Source: Sulfolobales archaeon HS-7
GTDB taxonomy: Archaea; Thermoproteota; Thermoprotei_A; Sulfolobales; Sulfolobaceae
NCBI GenBank assembly: GCA_019704295.1
Contig: AP024596.1
Coordinates: 672,001 to 736,000 of the forward strand
Direction: 5' to 3'
Length of the DNA stretch: 64,000 nucleotides
Part shown: piece by piece, positions 55,115 to 64,000 of the stretch
Numbering within the stretch: position 1 is the stretch's first letter
Layout: every line of letters begins with the position of its first letter
The notes under the pieces: generated by a model
What the model saw: the letters and a program-made list of their open reading frames with translations, nothing else
Told to the model about the DNA's origin: nothing
Database searches by the model: none
Made by a program: the position numbers and the translations under genes

Positions 55115-56850
55115 ATGAATGTGGAGTAGGTCTTCCTATAAAGTTCCGATGATTCAAGTCTAGTAGCATTCCTTTTATATTTCATGGCATCTCCAATTGC
55201 ATTTGGACCGAACTTTTCGGACCATTTTTCTACCGGTATCTGATAGTCCTTCAGTATTTTATCCCTATAGAGATCGTTTAATACGTTATATGTGCAGAAT
55301 GGAATTACTCTGCCGTCAGGGGATAGATAATGTATATCACACCTCATCACTCTCTCAACATCGTAATTGTATAAGTCCATGAAGTGCATATTTCCCAAAA
55401 ATAGGGTCCGATAATGCCATTGACCTAAAACGTCATAATTGTGGTTTACTATTATGTTATACAGCATTTTCCAGACGTCAAAGTCCTTTGGCCCTTTCTC
55501 TTGATCAATAAACTTCCTTATATTGTATAGGAGTTTCATCCCTACCCAATACTTATTCTTACCCTCAAACAGCTCCTCGGTTTTCTCCTTGAAGTACTCC
55601 AATAGCCCCTCTAGATCAATAAATCTTGATAACGGGATATAGTGTGGTTCATCGTTTTCCCATTCAACGAAAACATAGGAGCCTGATCCACATACGGGAT
55701 GATTAGCCATTTCAAATTGCGGTTTACCAGTTAAGGCCTCAATTATTCTAGTAAATACGACAGACGTTCCTATCGGATACCAGCTATCTTTAGTTATCTC
55801 TCCGTTAGTTTGTTCCTCAATATTCTTTATTATCTCAGGTATAGTAATTCTAAATTTAGCCCTCATGTTCCTTTTCATCATACCTGTTAAACTTACAGGT
55901 TGGAAGTTTACTGCCCTTACTATATCCATGTTCTGAGCAGCGAATTTAACTATGTTTCCTAAATCATCATCATTAACGGTCTTTATCACTGTTGGTACTA
56001 AAACAACGCTAGACATACCAGCCCTTCTGAATACCTCGAACGTATACGGTACTTCCCAGTGATTTTTAGGATTTGTTTTCCTTGTAGTTCCGTCATAACT
56101 CATATATACTGTGTTGACTCCGGCCTCACGGAGCTCCCTTGCGAACCTTACCGCTTTTTCTGGATCCTCGATATACATCTTTGCAAATGTTCCGCCCCAA
56201 CTATTCAGTTGTATGTGCTTTACTCCCTTATCCCTTAATAATTTGATTACCTTTATTATATCCTCCCTAAGAGTTGGTTCGCCTCCAGTGACCTGAATTA
56301 CCATGGTAGGTTCTCTTAACTTAAACTGGTCAATCATATACCCGATCTGCTCTAATGTAGGTTCAAACACGTATCCAGCCTTCTCCGCATAGAAGAAACA
56401 GTACCAGCATGAGAGATCACATCTATTTGTAATGACAAGGTTCACGAGAGCTGTATGCTGATGATGCATGGGGCATAGGCCACAGTTAAAGGGACACGGC
56501 GATTTTAAGTCTACATAGGGGATCTTCGGTCCTCTTCCCTCATATTCCCAGTAATCGAACTTGTAATACATTCCTACATCTCCATAGTAGAGATCCTCAA
56601 ATTCTCCATGATCAGGACAGATTTTCCTTATATAGAGCCTTTCATCTTTCTCGAATATAGCCGCAGGAAGGAGTCTATAACAAGCTGGACAGAGGGATTC
56701 CGTTACCCTTACAAGTTTTTCGCTATCTGAAAGCTTAGGTAGTGGTCCACCTACTTTAATTTCCTTATCCCCAAATATTACTTTTCCATCTTCATATCTT
56801 GAAGGTGCAGGTAACAGCCTAAATTTCTCTTCCGTTGTTGTTTGAGCCAA
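55111..56850 (-). CDS. tes: Radical SAM tetraether lipid (GDGT) synthase
   Basis: Rubredoxin-like CPAC…[21 protein letters not shown] radical-SAM motif, C-terminal RCDIHY…IPFC. Probable start TTG 56850 (track gives 56895). Confidence 0.88.
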   Translation of the reverse strand: MAQTTTEEKFRLLPAPSRYEDGKVIFGDKEIKVGGPLPKLSDSEKLVRVTESLCPACYRLLPAAIFEKDERLYIRKICPDHGEFEDLYYGDVGMYYKFDYWEYEGRGPKIPYVDLKSPCPFNCGLCPMHHQHTALVNLVITNRCDLSCWYCFFYAEKAGYVFEPTLEQIGYMIDQFKLREPTMVIQVTGGEPTLREDIIKVIKLLRDKGVKHIQLNSWGGTFAKMYIEDPEKAVRFARELREAGVNTVYMSYDGTTRKTNPKNHWEVPYTFEVFRRAGMSSVVLVPTVIKTVNDDDLGNIVKFAAQNMDIVRAVNFQPVSLTGMMKRNMRAKFRITIPEIIKNIEEQTNGEITKDSWYPIGTSVVFTRIIEALTGKPQFEMANHPVCGSGSYVFVEWENDEPHYIPLSRFIDLEGLLEYFKEKTEELFEGKNKYWVGMKLLYNIRKFIDQEKGPKDFDVWKMLYNIIVNHNYDVLGQWHYRTLFLGNMHFMDLYNYDVERVMRCDIHYLSPDGRVIPFCTYNVLNDLYRDKILKDYQIPVEKWSEKFGPNAIGDAMKYKRNATRLESSELYRKTYSTFI

Positions 56851-56945
56851 TTTGACCTGTTCATATACTAAGCATATCCCTATATTTAAGGACATTCTCC
56901 CAAGTACTATAATTTAGGTCAACTGTTAATTATAGAGTAGTGAAT

Positions 56946-57881
56946 TTAATAAAATCCCTTAAAGTTATCCCATCCATGAATTTCAATTTCACGATTTCCA
57001 TATATTATAACTGGACTGGCCATAACACTACCAATTACTACCGGATTCATACCTAGGAATCTCATGTATTCTATGATGTTATTTGCGTGGTAGGGGTTAA
57101 TAAATAACAAAGCTTGAAACTCCTCTCCGGAGAACTTAAGAATTTCATCCTCTGTTATTCCTATCTCGTGTGATAAAGTAAGTACGCGCCTATTATAAGG
57201 TAAATTGATTATATTAGCTCCTAACCCATTTGCGAGGAGCACATTAGCTAATGAAATAAGCAATCCATCGCTTATGTCCGTCGACGATGAAATTTTCTCA
57301 CAATAATTAGCGAACACTTTATTTATCTCTTTAGGGAATACCGGATGTTTTACATATAATGATGAAAGTTTGGAGAAAGTGAAATCGGGTATATTCCTGA
57401 AAAAGGATAAAAATACCTCTGTAGTATATCCGATCTCGTTTGATATAATTATCATATCACCGGGTCTTATCTCACTGAGCTCCTTGTAACAAATATTCTC
57501 ACCAACTACTGCAATATCTACCCAACCATCTCCCGAGGAACCATTAATATCTCCTCCAACATACTTGCTGCCGTAAAACTTGCTAGCGTCATTTATTCCT
57601 TCAACTAGTTTCAACACATCCTCTACAGTACCTTGATTTATACCAAACGATCCCAGCAAATATCTAGGAGATCCCCCTCGAGAGAAAATGTCACTAACTG
57701 CCGCTGTGACTGCCTTCCATCCTATATCGTAGTACGTCATAAAAGGAAATTTGTATTCTAACGAGAAACCATCGATCTTGAATAGCATGTTACCATCAAA
57801 ATAGACGTCGTCGTGTTTCAGACTAAGTTGAGATAAAACTTTCTCAATTACCTGCTTTTCGCCAATTTCCTTTAACGACAA
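56946..57881 (-). CDS. thiL: Thiamine-monophosphate kinase
   Basis: GWKAVTAAVSD, VGGD, DISDGL, GEEF. Confidence 0.92.
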   Translation of the reverse strand: MSLKEIGEKQVIEKVLSQLSLKHDDVYFDGNMLFKIDGFSLEYKFPFMTYYDIGWKAVTAAVSDIFSRGGSPRYLLGSFGINQGTVEDVLKLVEGINDASKFYGSKYVGGDINGSSGDGWVDIAVVGENICYKELSEIRPGDMIIISNEIGYTTEVFLSFFRNIPDFTFSKLSSLYVKHPVFPKEINKVFANYCEKISSSTDISDGLLISLANVLLANGLGANIINLPYNRRVLTLSHEIGITEDEILKFSGEEFQALLFINPYHANNIIEYMRFLGMNPVVIGSVMASPVIIYGNREIEIHGWDNFKGFY

Positions 57882-58333
57882 AGTTGACTCTACTTCATAA
57901 TTAGTTATACCTAGTTCTTAACCTTTTACGTAGTATGATAATCTTCTTGATAATTTAAATAGTAATACAATATTAATAATTTACTCAACGAATTATATGT
58001 AAAGTCCTTTTCCCAACCTTCACTTACCATATCGCAAGGATTATAGGTTTAATCTACAGTTCTTCCTGATATATTCTCTGAGAATTACGTGATAGATTAG
58101 GGTTCCTACCATGCTCTTTGGTTAGACGTGATATTACGAGCAACTAATTAGTCGAATTATTTATATAAAACAATATTAATCAGGTCCGGGTAGTGTGGAC
58201 TTGACTAAGTATCGGTGGTCGACTTCCCTGAGCATGAAGCTTGTCGGTGAGCATCCCTCATTTAAGTTTGGACGAGAACATAAGCCAGTATAATAGGTAA
58301 AAAGTAACCCTGTACATTTTAAGGACATTAACG

Positions 58334-58408
58334 TGGGCCCGCTGGGATTTGAACCCAGGGCCTTCGCCGTGTGAGGGCGACGTCCTTACCAGGCTAGACG
58401 ACGGGCCC
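58334..58408 (-). tRNA. tRNA-Val(CAC)
   Basis: GGGCCCG…TCGCC CT CAC AC GGCGA…GGTTCAAATCC…CGGGCCC A. Confidence 0.97.
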
Positions 58409-58500
58409 ATTTAACGTTACTAATAATTCATTCTTACTCTAAAGATCTTTATTAACTTTTTCGGTTAGAGTAGTAGTGAGAGCTTCAGGCTCACTATGAC

Positions 58501-59469
58501 TTACATAACTATTCCCGGTTTTAGATTGTCAAGACTATACAACTTAATATAGTCGTCGGCACCAGCTACTCTAAATACCTTTTCTGCTACCACGTCAATA
58601 ATTTCCTTACTCCTTGCGTGAATCATGCAGTAGCATAAATAGTCCCACGGTTTATTAGATTCTCTTAAGACAACATGGGTTGCTTCTTTGACGTTTTTCG
58701 CAATCCTGTAGCAAGCCTCTTCTAAATCTTTTGCTTTAATTAAAACCATTGCGTTTTCCGTTATGCCTACCTTTTCCCCATTCAGGGTGGCCCCGTAGTC
58801 CTTTATAACCCCCTTTTTCTTAAGTTCGGAAATCATATCTATTATTTCCGTTTCAGTTATACCAAATTTCGATGCTAGATTTATGAAAGGTCTAGGACCC
58901 AAAGGAAGAGGAAGAGAGAGGTATTTCAAAAACTCATTACTTATTCCAAGTTCGTTTGCGGTTGGGATCTCCTCTGGTAAATCTTCATATTCTCCCCAGG
59001 AGACACCTTTAAAAATATCATATTTTACTACCAATTTCAGATTTTTCTTAGAGTAGAGAATGACATAATCATGGGCTTCCGAGGTTTCCATTAACTCCTT
59101 TATCTTATCATCTAACTCCTCTTTACTTTTTGCTTTTATTACAAACCATATATTATACTCTGGATGATCCCTAACGAAGTTATGTGTTATCTCCCTAATT
59201 CCAAGTGCTTTCCTTCTAAACGATTCGATCTTTTCAGGTCCTAACTTGGCTGCGACAAGGGCAGCAGTCATACCTTTTGATCTGTAATTAATGTACATTC
59301 CTACCCTTTTTACTACTTCATGATCTACGTAATACTTTATTCTATTTACAACGTCTTTTTCCGATAGACCTATTTTTTCAGAGATTAAAAGATAAGGCCT
59401 TTCGTGTAGAGGAAAATGATATTGTAATTCCATTAGGAGCTCCTTGTCTTCGACAGTAAAATACAACAT
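58501..59469 (-). CDS. Siroheme decarboxylase AhbA/AhbB (NirDL-like) fusion
   Basis: Two Lrp-like halves: FPLHERPY…THNFVRDHPEYNIWF and LPLGPRPF…THVVLR…YCMIHA. Start placed at ATG 59469. Confidence 0.88.
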   Translation of the reverse strand: MLYFTVEDKELLMELQYHFPLHERPYLLISEKIGLSEKDVVNRIKYYVDHEVVKRVGMYINYRSKGMTAALVAAKLGPEKIESFRRKALGIREITHNFVRDHPEYNIWFVIKAKSKEELDDKIKELMETSEAHDYVILYSKKNLKLVVKYDIFKGVSWGEYEDLPEEIPTANELGISNEFLKYLSLPLPLGPRPFINLASKFGITETEIIDMISELKKKGVIKDYGATLNGEKVGITENAMVLIKAKDLEEACYRIAKNVKEATHVVLRESNKPWDYLCYCMIHARSKEIIDVVAEKVFRVAGADDYIKLYSLDNLKPGIVM

Positions 59470-60293
59470 ATATAGTACCTCTAAACACGGCAAATAAATT
59501 GTTTGCAAGAACTTTTCGCCTTATTTCAAGCATAATGTTCAACTTATCAACTTAGAATTATAATATAATTTATTTATAATAAAAAAATATACATTATTCC
59601 ATCAAAATACCAATAACTTCCTTGTCCAACATTTATTGTTAATAAACAACTCTTACTCCATAAAATACCTATTTGTTTCCTTGTTTATGATGAATTAGGT
59701 TCATTTTATCCTATTTCCATGGTTCTTTCATTATTACAATCTTTACAGCATTCTCCTTCTCGTCATACGACACTTTTACGAGATCCCCTTCCTTTATCTG
59801 AAACTTCTGTCTTATCTTGGCAGGTATAGTTACCTGATAGTTACGTGATACCTTAACTACTTCCTCTGTCATATTAATCCCAAAAATAATATAGCATTTG
59901 GGTTTAAGAACTTTTATAATAAATAGTAATTCTTTGTTTTCTACTGAGTAATGTTTTAAGTATTTAATTGATAAGAATTCATTGATCTAATACATAACTA
60001 GACGATTATATTCAGTATTAGGGAATATGTTATGTAGAATATAACCAGTTGTGAATAGCAAAACAGCCATTGAAAATGCGAGAAAGAATCCTTCAATCAA
60101 ATTCGAACAACCATTAACAAGAGTTCATCATGATGGATATTATTCGTTGTAGAGATTCTGGAATTTTGATAGAAATACTCGATACGACTCTACAAAATTA
60201 CTGAATTATTTTAATATTCAGGTGTAAATAAGTTAGGCGTTGCTGCACGTTTATCGAAAAAGTTAATATTTATTACAGTTTCTTTTACTTTCT

Positions 60294-61535
60294 ATGGAAT
60301 ACAGAGTAAAAAATATTGGACTTGCAAAAGACGGCTGGAATAAAATAAGATGGGCGGAGTCTCATATGCCCGTACTAATGAAGATAAAGGAAGCTAATCA
60401 AAAAAGGAGACCGCTGACCGGTGTCAGAATATCTGCAGTACTTCATGTAACTAAGGAGACTGCTGCACTAGTAAGAACTTTAAGGGATTTAGGTGCAGAC
60501 GTTTGGCTTGCAGGCAGTAATCCATTATCGACGCAAGACGATGTGGCAGCTGCTTTAGCTGAAGACGGTATACATGTATATGCGTGGAGAGGCGAGAATG
60601 AAAGCGAATATTATAGCAATATAGACATAATAGTTAATGCAAATCCAAACGTAGTAATGGACGATGGAGGAGATTTACATGCGTTACTTCATGAGAAGTA
60701 TTCGAATATAAGAATTAAGGGTGGTACAGAGGAGACAACGACAGGTGTTGTTAGACTAAAGGCGATGGAGGAGTCCGGGGTATTAAGATATCCTGTAATA
60801 GCGGTAAATAACGCATTTACTAAGTATCTATTTGATAATCGAATAGGGACAGGTCAAAGTGCAATAGACGGGATTCTTCGTTCTACAAACATTCTCCTAG
60901 CTGGAAAAATAGCTGTTGTCGTAGGTTACGGATGGGTAGGAAGAGGAATAGCGACTAAGCTAAAAGGACTTGGAGCCAGAACAATAGTAGTTGAGGCGAA
61001 CCCCTTCAGAGCTTTAGAAGCTGTAATGGATGGCTTTGATGTTTTACCAATGGATAAAGCTAGCAAAATTGGAGATCTGTTCGTTACCGCAACTGGTAAC
61101 ATTAACGTAATAGATGTAGAACATTTTAGGAATATGAAGGATGGCGCAGTATTAGCTAATGCAGGTCACTTCAATGTAGAAATAGATGTAAAAGGATTGA
61201 AGGAGATGAGCAAACAGGTTTCAGTTATCAGAGAGAATTTAGAGGAATATATGCTAGAAAATGGAAAACGAATATATCTTCTAGCTGATGGACGACTTGT
61301 AAATCTAGTTGGAGCTGAAGGTCATCCGAGTGAAGTGATGGACTTAAGTTTCTCCAATCAGGCATTGAGTGTTATCTATCTTACGAATAATAGTCTCTCC
61401 AATAAGGTTATCAATGTTCCAGAGGAAATAGATGAGCAAGTTGCTCTCCTCAAACTAGAGAGTATGGGTATAGAGATAAATAAAATGACTAAAGAACAAT
61501 TAAATTATATCAAACAATGGAAATATGGTACTTAA
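60294..61535 (+). CDS. ahcY: Adenosylhomocysteinase
   Basis: [29 protein letters not shown]. Confidence 0.97.
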   Translation: MEYRVKNIGLAKDGWNKIRWAESHMPVLMKIKEANQKRRPLTGVRISAVLHVTKETAALVRTLRDLGADVWLAGSNPLSTQDDVAAALAEDGIHVYAWRGENESEYYSNIDIIVNANPNVVMDDGGDLHALLHEKYSNIRIKGGTEETTTGVVRLKAMEESGVLRYPVIAVNNAFTKYLFDNRIGTGQSAIDGILRSTNILLAGKIAVVVGYGWVGRGIATKLKGLGARTIVVEANPFRALEAVMDGFDVLPMDKASKIGDLFVTATGNINVIDVEHFRNMKDGAVLANAGHFNVEIDVKGLKEMSKQVSVIRENLEEYMLENGKRIYLLADGRLVNLVGAEGHPSEVMDLSFSNQALSVIYLTNNSLSNKVINVPEEIDEQVALLKLESMGIEINKMTKEQLNYIKQWKYGT

Positions 61536-61626
61536 TGGATTTCCCTTTCATGAATAAATAGTAGATTTATTTCAACTAGCTATTCACCCTTATCGTTAGA
61601 TTCAGCACTTCGCCTTCATGGGGAGT

Positions 61627-61938
61627 TCATGTGGACACTTTATCGCTCCCTACGACTTCATTAAATACCTCTAAATGGGTATAAAAATACTTTGAAGGTC
61701 TATATAATGCGCCATATCCATCACCCTCCTTCACAACGATTTTATGTTTAAGTAAAACGTCTAAGTGATAAGTAACTGTTTTATAATCTAATCCAGTGTT
61801 TTTAGTAAGTTGATGGGCATTAAGTGGAGAGTTGATCAAAAGCGATATTATTTTCGCTCTAGTAGTTCCTCCTCTCGAGGCTAGGAAGAGGAGTTTCATT
61901 AGTTTCTTGGCTTCTCTCATCTCCTTGCTGCTGTTCAT
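61627..61938 (-). CDS. ArsR-like winged-helix regulator
   Basis: SRGGTTRAKI…NAHQL…DYKTVTYHLDVL…YGALY. Confidence 0.88.
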   Translation of the reverse strand: MNSSKEMREAKKLMKLLFLASRGGTTRAKIISLLINSPLNAHQLTKNTGLDYKTVTYHLDVLLKHKIVVKEGDGYGALYRPSKYFYTHLEVFNEVVGSDKVST

Positions 61939-62017
61939 TCAGATAACGATATGGATAACGTGATTAAAATATCATTCCCTTTTATGAAACATAGTAGAAA
62001 ATAAATTATTTATGAAA

Positions 62018-62914
62018 TCAAAAGTTTAAATCCTTTTTAGTTTTTCTATACAGGGCTTTAACTACCCCATATGGAGAGGATATTGCCAGGGAGAGACCTG
62101 GTATAAGATTATAGAACATTTCTCTACCACTCTTATAATAATATAAACCAGTTGCTATTATAGGCAAATATAATAGGAATAACGGATAATATACTATTCC
62201 TATTATAGCCGTTATGTAATACCCCCAATAATATGCATAGCTTGTAAGCATTGCACGAGGAGCTAATCCATCAAACAATAACTGTGCATCGTAAACACTT
62301 CGTCTAAAATTTCTTTTGGCTTCGGCAAGCGACTTGCGTAAACTGTCCCTTTTATGAGAAAGATTAAGATGTAAACATCTATAGTTAATCGGTTTAGCCT
62401 TATAACCCGCCTTCAATAGTTTAGCGTAAATCCAAATATCTTCATCGCGTTCATACCTCTCATCAAACATTCCAATTTCCTTAACGGCTTTAACCCGTAG
62501 TGATGCACAACCCAAGTTAGGATTATTTTCTAATGTTGAAGTAGGCTTTAAGAGATCCTTTTCCGTATAGGCATAATGCATCCACGTCATATCAAGTTTC
62601 TCTTCTTTCGCGGTTTTAACTAATTTTTGGGGACCGTCTGATGGCATAACTACGTCGCTATCGACTAGGACTGGATATTCAGTAATTGCCAGTGATAACA
62701 TCTTATTTCGTAGCAAGGCCATATTAACTTTAGGTAAGCGCTTATCTATAACATGTTCCACGTTATAATTATTAACTAGCTTAGTTAGGTCCTCTCTTTC
62801 TGAGTTATTGTAAACAGTAATCTTCGAATTAGTTTTTATAACTGAGTCGAGACATCTCTTAACCCAGTCGTATTTATCGTTAGGACCTATTGGAACAATA
62901 ACTTGTAGCTCCAC
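62018..62914 (-). CDS. GT2 glycosyltransferase with C-terminal membrane segments
   Basis: RCLDSV, RN, VDSD, GMFDE, ED motifs. Confidence 0.88.
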   Translation of the reverse strand: MELQVIVPIGPNDKYDWVKRCLDSVIKTNSKITVYNNSEREDLTKLVNNYNVEHVIDKRLPKVNMALLRNKMLSLAITEYPVLVDSDVVMPSDGPQKLVKTAKEEKLDMTWMHYAYTEKDLLKPTSTLENNPNLGCASLRVKAVKEIGMFDERYERDEDIWIYAKLLKAGYKAKPINYRCLHLNLSHKRDSLRKSLAEAKRNFRRSVYDAQLLFDGLAPRAMLTSYAYYWGYYITAIIGIVYYPLFLLYLPIIATGLYYYKSGREMFYNLIPGLSLAISSPYGVVKALYRKTKKDLNF

Positions 62915-63331
62915 TATTGTTAATTAGATACTAGCATTAAAAGGATATAAGGATATGAACCCGCAAAACAAAAATTATATCGTATATAATCGATAAAAAC
63001 TATAATATTATATTATCTCTTGGAAAGTAGGATCAGTTTAAAGTGTACGTAATACTTTATGCAAGAGTCGATAACCACGCCCTTACTAATTTCTGCATAA
63101 TAAATCCGTCTTAATGAATAAGTAAAGGGTTTTACATGGAATTAAGATATCCATCATTGAAGATATTTTATAGGAGCCTATGGTCCGTAAGAGCTAGAGT
63201 CAGGGATACCTCATCCGTTCTCCCTTAGCGATTATAAGTATAGTTTTTATAATTTTTATTTAAATATTAAGGGAGTCGTAACTTGTAGAAAGATTCTCCC
63301 TCTCTTGATCCCTTGATTAAAATAATACGGA

Positions 63332-63663
63332 GCTGTTAGAACTGTGTATGTGGCCTTTCTTGAACGCCTTATAAAAACAGCGAAGTTTTATCCGGAGTTT
63401 GGGCTTCATAGGATTTCATGACGTTTCATCTCAATCCTCAGCTCTCGGATTTAATTAAAGTTATGGGGGGATTGCCCGGTTCATCCTTCTTCGTCCCTTT
63501 AGTAGATTCCCACACCTGCTCATGTGGGGAAAACCCGCCATTTTGTGCCCTGTTACCTTTCGGGAAAGGTTGTCTAAATCTGGTAAAAAGACTTATAAAA
63601 TATATTTTATATATATATAAGGTATATATACTTTACTATTTATCTGAAACTATTGACAATGGC
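63332..63663 (-). mobile_element. IS607-type mini-element, family C copy 2 (with longer right end)
   Basis: Minus strand: AGTTTCAGATAAA left end, ACCTTTCCCGAAAGGT hairpin, GCGGGTTTTCCCCAC, GAAATCCTATGAAGCCC, then GTTCAAGAAAGGCCACATA. Confidence 0.75.
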
Positions 63664-63698
63664 AAGTAACTACGCCAAGAACTGTATCTCATTGGAAA

Positions 63699-63986
63699 CT
63701 ATTGTTCCGACGAGAGAAAGTTAATTATTAAAAGGTAGACATTTTCTATTCCTATTTTTGGAACAAATTTCTCAAATATATCAAGAACACATGAGTAAAA
63801 TTCTTTATTTTCCCTTACAGTATCGGCGTGTTCTGCATAAATGGCTAATATGCTAGCCCTTATGCTCTTATTCTCATCTTCTACTGTATCTCTTATCTCA
63901 TTAAGGATAAGTACATCTCTTTCATTAAGTTTGTAGCCACTTCTTTTCAGTTTAAGGAATTCGGGGGAATTCAATATACTGCTCAA
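63699..63986 (-). CDS. Hypothetical protein
   Basis: 95-aa ORF with TTG start and native-looking composition. Confidence 0.6.
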   Translation of the reverse strand: MSSILNSPEFLKLKRSGYKLNERDVLILNEIRDTVEDENKSIRASILAIYAEHADTVRENKEFYSCVLDIFEKFVPKIGIENVYLLIINFLSSEQ

Positions 63987-64000
63987 TAACTGCTCACCAA

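Noticed and set aside
55111-59469. tes and ahbAB as a novel system
   Set aside because: Both match established pathways (GDGT synthesis, alternative heme synthesis).
57900-60290. AT-rich gaps as replication origin or CRISPR leader
   Set aside because: No ORB repeats, orc1/cdc6 gene or repeat-spacer array visible.
63060-63235. Possible further family A remnant (TCCGTTCTCCCTTAGC)
   Set aside because: Only short matches; too decayed to call by eye.

Overview
Core-chromosome window of a Sulfolobales (Thermoproteota) archaeon, judged from reverse gyrase, tetraether synthase, Sulfolobales-type Pop5, C/D sRNAs and BHB-intron tRNA. It contains a cell-envelope block (N-terminal part of a probable SlaA S-layer gene, a polytopic membrane protein, a Thr-rich anchored surface protein, nucleotidyltransferase, glmS, GT4), KEOPS genes, many translation, transcription and RNA-modification genes, Cdc48, apgM, speE, ndk, upp, gatB, tes, thiL, ahbAB and ahcY. 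RNA genes: tRNA-Tyr(GTA) with two introns, tRNA-Arg(GCG), tRNA-Val(CAC) and three box C/D guide sRNAs. Intergenic space carries a decayed IS607 (tnpA+tnpB), about eight copies of a ~300-bp IS200/IS605-type non-autonomous element, two IS607-type mini-elements reduced to left end plus tnpB 3' tail, and an unassigned AT-rich repeat in three copies. The most striking structure is a divergent, C-terminally extended ndk enclosed by two apparently identical 294-bp elements in inverted orientation. spt4 and tsr3 lack a canonical in-frame start (ATA and ATC instead). No CRISPR array or rRNA gene was seen. All calls come from reading the sequence by eye; no searches or alignments were run.
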